From NCBI GenBank assembly GCA_000091205.1, contig AP006500.2: 64,000 nucleotides of DNA; one strand, 5' to 3'. Of the stretch, positions 61,889-64,000 are shown piece after piece; position 1 is the stretch's first letter, and every line of letters starts with the position of its first letter. The notes under the pieces were generated by a model. That model was not told where the DNA came from, did not search any database, and saw nothing but the letters and a program-made list of their open reading frames with translations. The translations under genes were made by a program, and so were the position numbers. Source of the stretch: Cyanidioschyzon merolae (taxonomy: Eukaryota).

Positions 61889-64000
61889 ATGCGCGCCAGC
61901 TCCGACAAACGCAGCGTGGCGGTTATCGAGGCGCTGCGTCACTGGGGCATCCCGCTGAACCCGCGTACAGGCACCTACACACCCGAGCTGGCGGACGCAG
62001 ATGCCCGCTCTGGTGCTTTCGTCTCCGACTCAAGTACGCAAGCACGAGTGGACGCTGACCAGGGAAACGATAACACGGAAAGCGCCGTCGACAATAGACG
62101 CATCCGCGAGGCGAGCGACTGGCTGCAGCAGCTGCGACCGGCTGTGCCGCTGCGACTTGTTCACCAGAACCTTCAGAGTGTTGCGGAAGAGATACGTGCT
62201 AAGCTGACAGCCTGGATAGAACAGGATCTGGGGCGCCGAAGCTCGTTCCAGGCAGAATACAACGGCGATGACGCACTTGCACTAGAAACACCACAAACTG
62301 CACCGGCTCGTGCAGGTTGCGCTCAGCCGGACGCGTCTGCATCTGGTGAACTGGGCACTTTGCTGGAGATCATTCAGCATTGCCGCCAAAAGACCCGTTT
62401 CGCGTGGGAAACCCTCCAAGGTGTTTATCAGGAGCAGTGCAGCAGGCGTGATCAAGTCTGCACACGAATACAACAAGCATATTGGGCGACTCGGCGACGC
62501 TGGCATGCGGAACGCCTTGAGCGCATCACGGAGCTCGCGTGCCAAGTAGAAGAAGCGCTTGCTTCGGTTGACCCATACCCACCGGTATCAGCCGCAGAGG
62601 AGAAATCCCCAGACAAGGCGACTGGCATTCGGGACGATACCGCACGCACACCGACCGACGAGTCTGCAGATGCACAGACTGAGGCATGGCATCGACTCTA
62701 TATTGCTGCCAAGCAACTGGGTGAATGTTTCCAGCTACAAGAGATGTTGCGGGAGGATGTATCCACGGCTGATACGCAGCCGATGCCGCACGAGCCCGAC
62801 ACATCGCCGCTTTCATGTGAGATGCTGGCGGGATTGATCCACACCCAACTGGAGCAGCTTCAAAAACGCCTGGCTACCACGCTCCGCAGCAAACTCGTGG
62901 CAACCTTGACAAGTACGTCCGCTGGCGGTGTACCAGAGGCCGTCCACTGGGAACGCTTTCGCGAACTCGCCCAGGCCTATCAAGATGCGCGCCTCGCGCT
63001 AGCCTTTGAAAGCGACTTTCGGGAAGCGGTTGTACGGCCTCTGGTGCAACGCCTCATGAAAGAGGCGAACGTGAATACGAGTACCGCTCCCGAAACAATG
63101 GATACAGGCGAGTCTGCATTGATCCGCTGCTGGCAATCCGTTATCGCACAGCTGGAGCAGGTTGTTGCTGTGTTTATAACCCCGGCAGCACGCATTGCCA
63201 TGCAGGTCACTGGGGTACCTCCAGCCACAAAGAGGCGACCAAGTGCAATCCTCTATCTAGATCTCCTCGGTAGAGGCTTCTGGCCGGTAATCGCTGATGA
63301 AATACGGGAAGCGTTCGTGACCAAGTTATCACCAGCAGATGCGGAACTTTTCCATCGGGCCTATTGTCTCATGCAACGCTTTGCAGCGCATGTTCGGAGA
63401 GCGAGAGCCGCTGTCGTGCCGGAGGCGGCGGATCTAGTCATCCGCCATGAGGCTACGACTGCATTCTGGCGGTGCTGGAACCTTGCTGCATATTTCCAAG
63501 TACGCTCGACGGGCCTCATCGAACGTCTCGAACACGTCCTGCAGCTGTCGCCGGAACCCGTAACCACGCTGGATGCCAGGTCAGCGCTCTGTGAACTGTG
63601 GCATGCAGATCCAGTTGCATGGGCTTGTTTTCAGCGCTGGCATGCCCAGGGAGTGCGGTGTTGGCAGACCCTCTATACCGTTGCTGCGATACAAGTCTTG
63701 TGGTCTGGATCGGTGTTCGTATCGGCGCTGGTGAGCGAGTCGTTGCGGCTGACGCTGCGTCTGATAGCGCGTCTTGTGGTCTGGCTGGAACAAGGCTCGG
63801 CAGCGGGTGGTCCATTCACCGCCGCTGAGTGCGCGTGGATGATGGACGATCTCCACATTCTCCAGCGCCAGCTACCTGCCGCATTCGAGACGCTTTGGCG
63901 AGATCGAGTCTCTGAGCTAGATGAGGTATTCGCGTCGCCGCATGACGCAGGTGCAGCGCGCGCGCTACCTGTCGCTGAGACATTCACGCAAGCGCTCGAA
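61889..64000 (+). CDS. 5' portion (>700 codons) of a large hypothetical protein gene that continues beyond the right edge of the window.
   Basis: I translated codon by codon from the ATG at 61889 to base 64000 and found no stop. The ORF track misses it because it never closes. Predicted helical, Leu/Ala/Glu-rich; no family recognised. Confidence 0.55.
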   Translation, partial: MRASSDKRSVAVIEALRHWGIPLNPRTGTYTPELADADARSGAFVSDSSTQARVDADQGNDNTESAVDNRRIREASDWLQQLRPAVPLRLVHQNLQSVAEEIRAKLTAWIEQDLGRRSSFQAEYNGDDALALETPQTAPARAGCAQPDASASGELGTLLEIIQHCRQKTRFAWETLQGVYQEQCSRRDQVCTRIQQAYWATRRRWHAERLERITELACQVEEALASVDPYPPVSAAEEKSPDKATGIRDDTARTPTDESADAQTEAWHRLYIAAKQLGECFQLQEMLREDVSTADTQPMPHEPDTSPLSCEMLAGLIHTQLEQLQKRLATTLRSKLVATLTSTSAGGVPEAVHWERFRELAQAYQDARLALAFESDFREAVVRPLVQRLMKEANVNTSTAPETMDTGESALIRCWQSVIAQLEQVVAVFITPAARIAMQVTGVPPATKRRPSAILYLDLLGRGFWPVIADEIREAFVTKLSPADAELFHRAYCLMQRFAAHVRRARAAVVPEAADLVIRHEATTAFWRCWNLAAYFQVRSTGLIERLEHVLQLSPEPVTTLDARSALCELWHADPVAWACFQRWHAQGVRCWQTLYTVAAIQVLWSGSVFVSALVSESLRLTLRLIARLVVWLEQGSAAGGPFTAAECAWMMDDLHILQRQLPAAFETLWRDRVSELDEVFASPHDAGAARALPVAETFTQALE

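Overview
This window reads as eukaryotic nuclear DNA: GC-rich (about 58-60% by eye), apparently intron-free and compact, with genes on both strands. I can support about 24 protein-coding genes, one tRNA-Gly(GCC) and several repeat classes. The eukaryotic core genes are RPB5, MCM7, a CLK/LAMMER-type kinase, a Rad5/HLTF-like SNF2-RING helicase, ERH, a Cet1-type (TTM) mRNA triphosphatase and a Tad3-like deaminase subunit. There is also a set of bacterial/organelle-type metabolic genes: Zn-dependent threonine dehydrogenase, Fe-S-type PurF, bacterial-type spermidine synthase, inorganic pyrophosphatase with a presequence, cytidine deaminase, a Gfo/Idh/MocA oxidoreductase, a fused LrgA-LrgB (PLGG1-like) transporter and a VTE5/dolichol-kinase-like polyprenol kinase. 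The last two are the only specific hints (inference) that the source is a plastid-bearing protist or alga. The supplied ORF track translates GTG/TTG start codons as M, so many of its starts are not ATG; I re-derived ATG starts where possible. There is no CRISPR array, operon or prokaryotic defence system. The less ordinary content is: (i) three near-identical copies of a 1.25-1.37 kb noncoding repeat, arranged as an inverted pair around a 5-kb three-gene block and a direct pair around MCM7; (ii) two diverged copies of an ~0.8 kb AT-rich element, each inside a divergent intergenic region; (iii) satellites and minisatellites sitting in most head-to-head intergenic regions; (iv) a long ORF (>700 aa) that runs off the right edge and is absent from the ORF track. 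Coordinates of repeats and starts are +/- a few bp.
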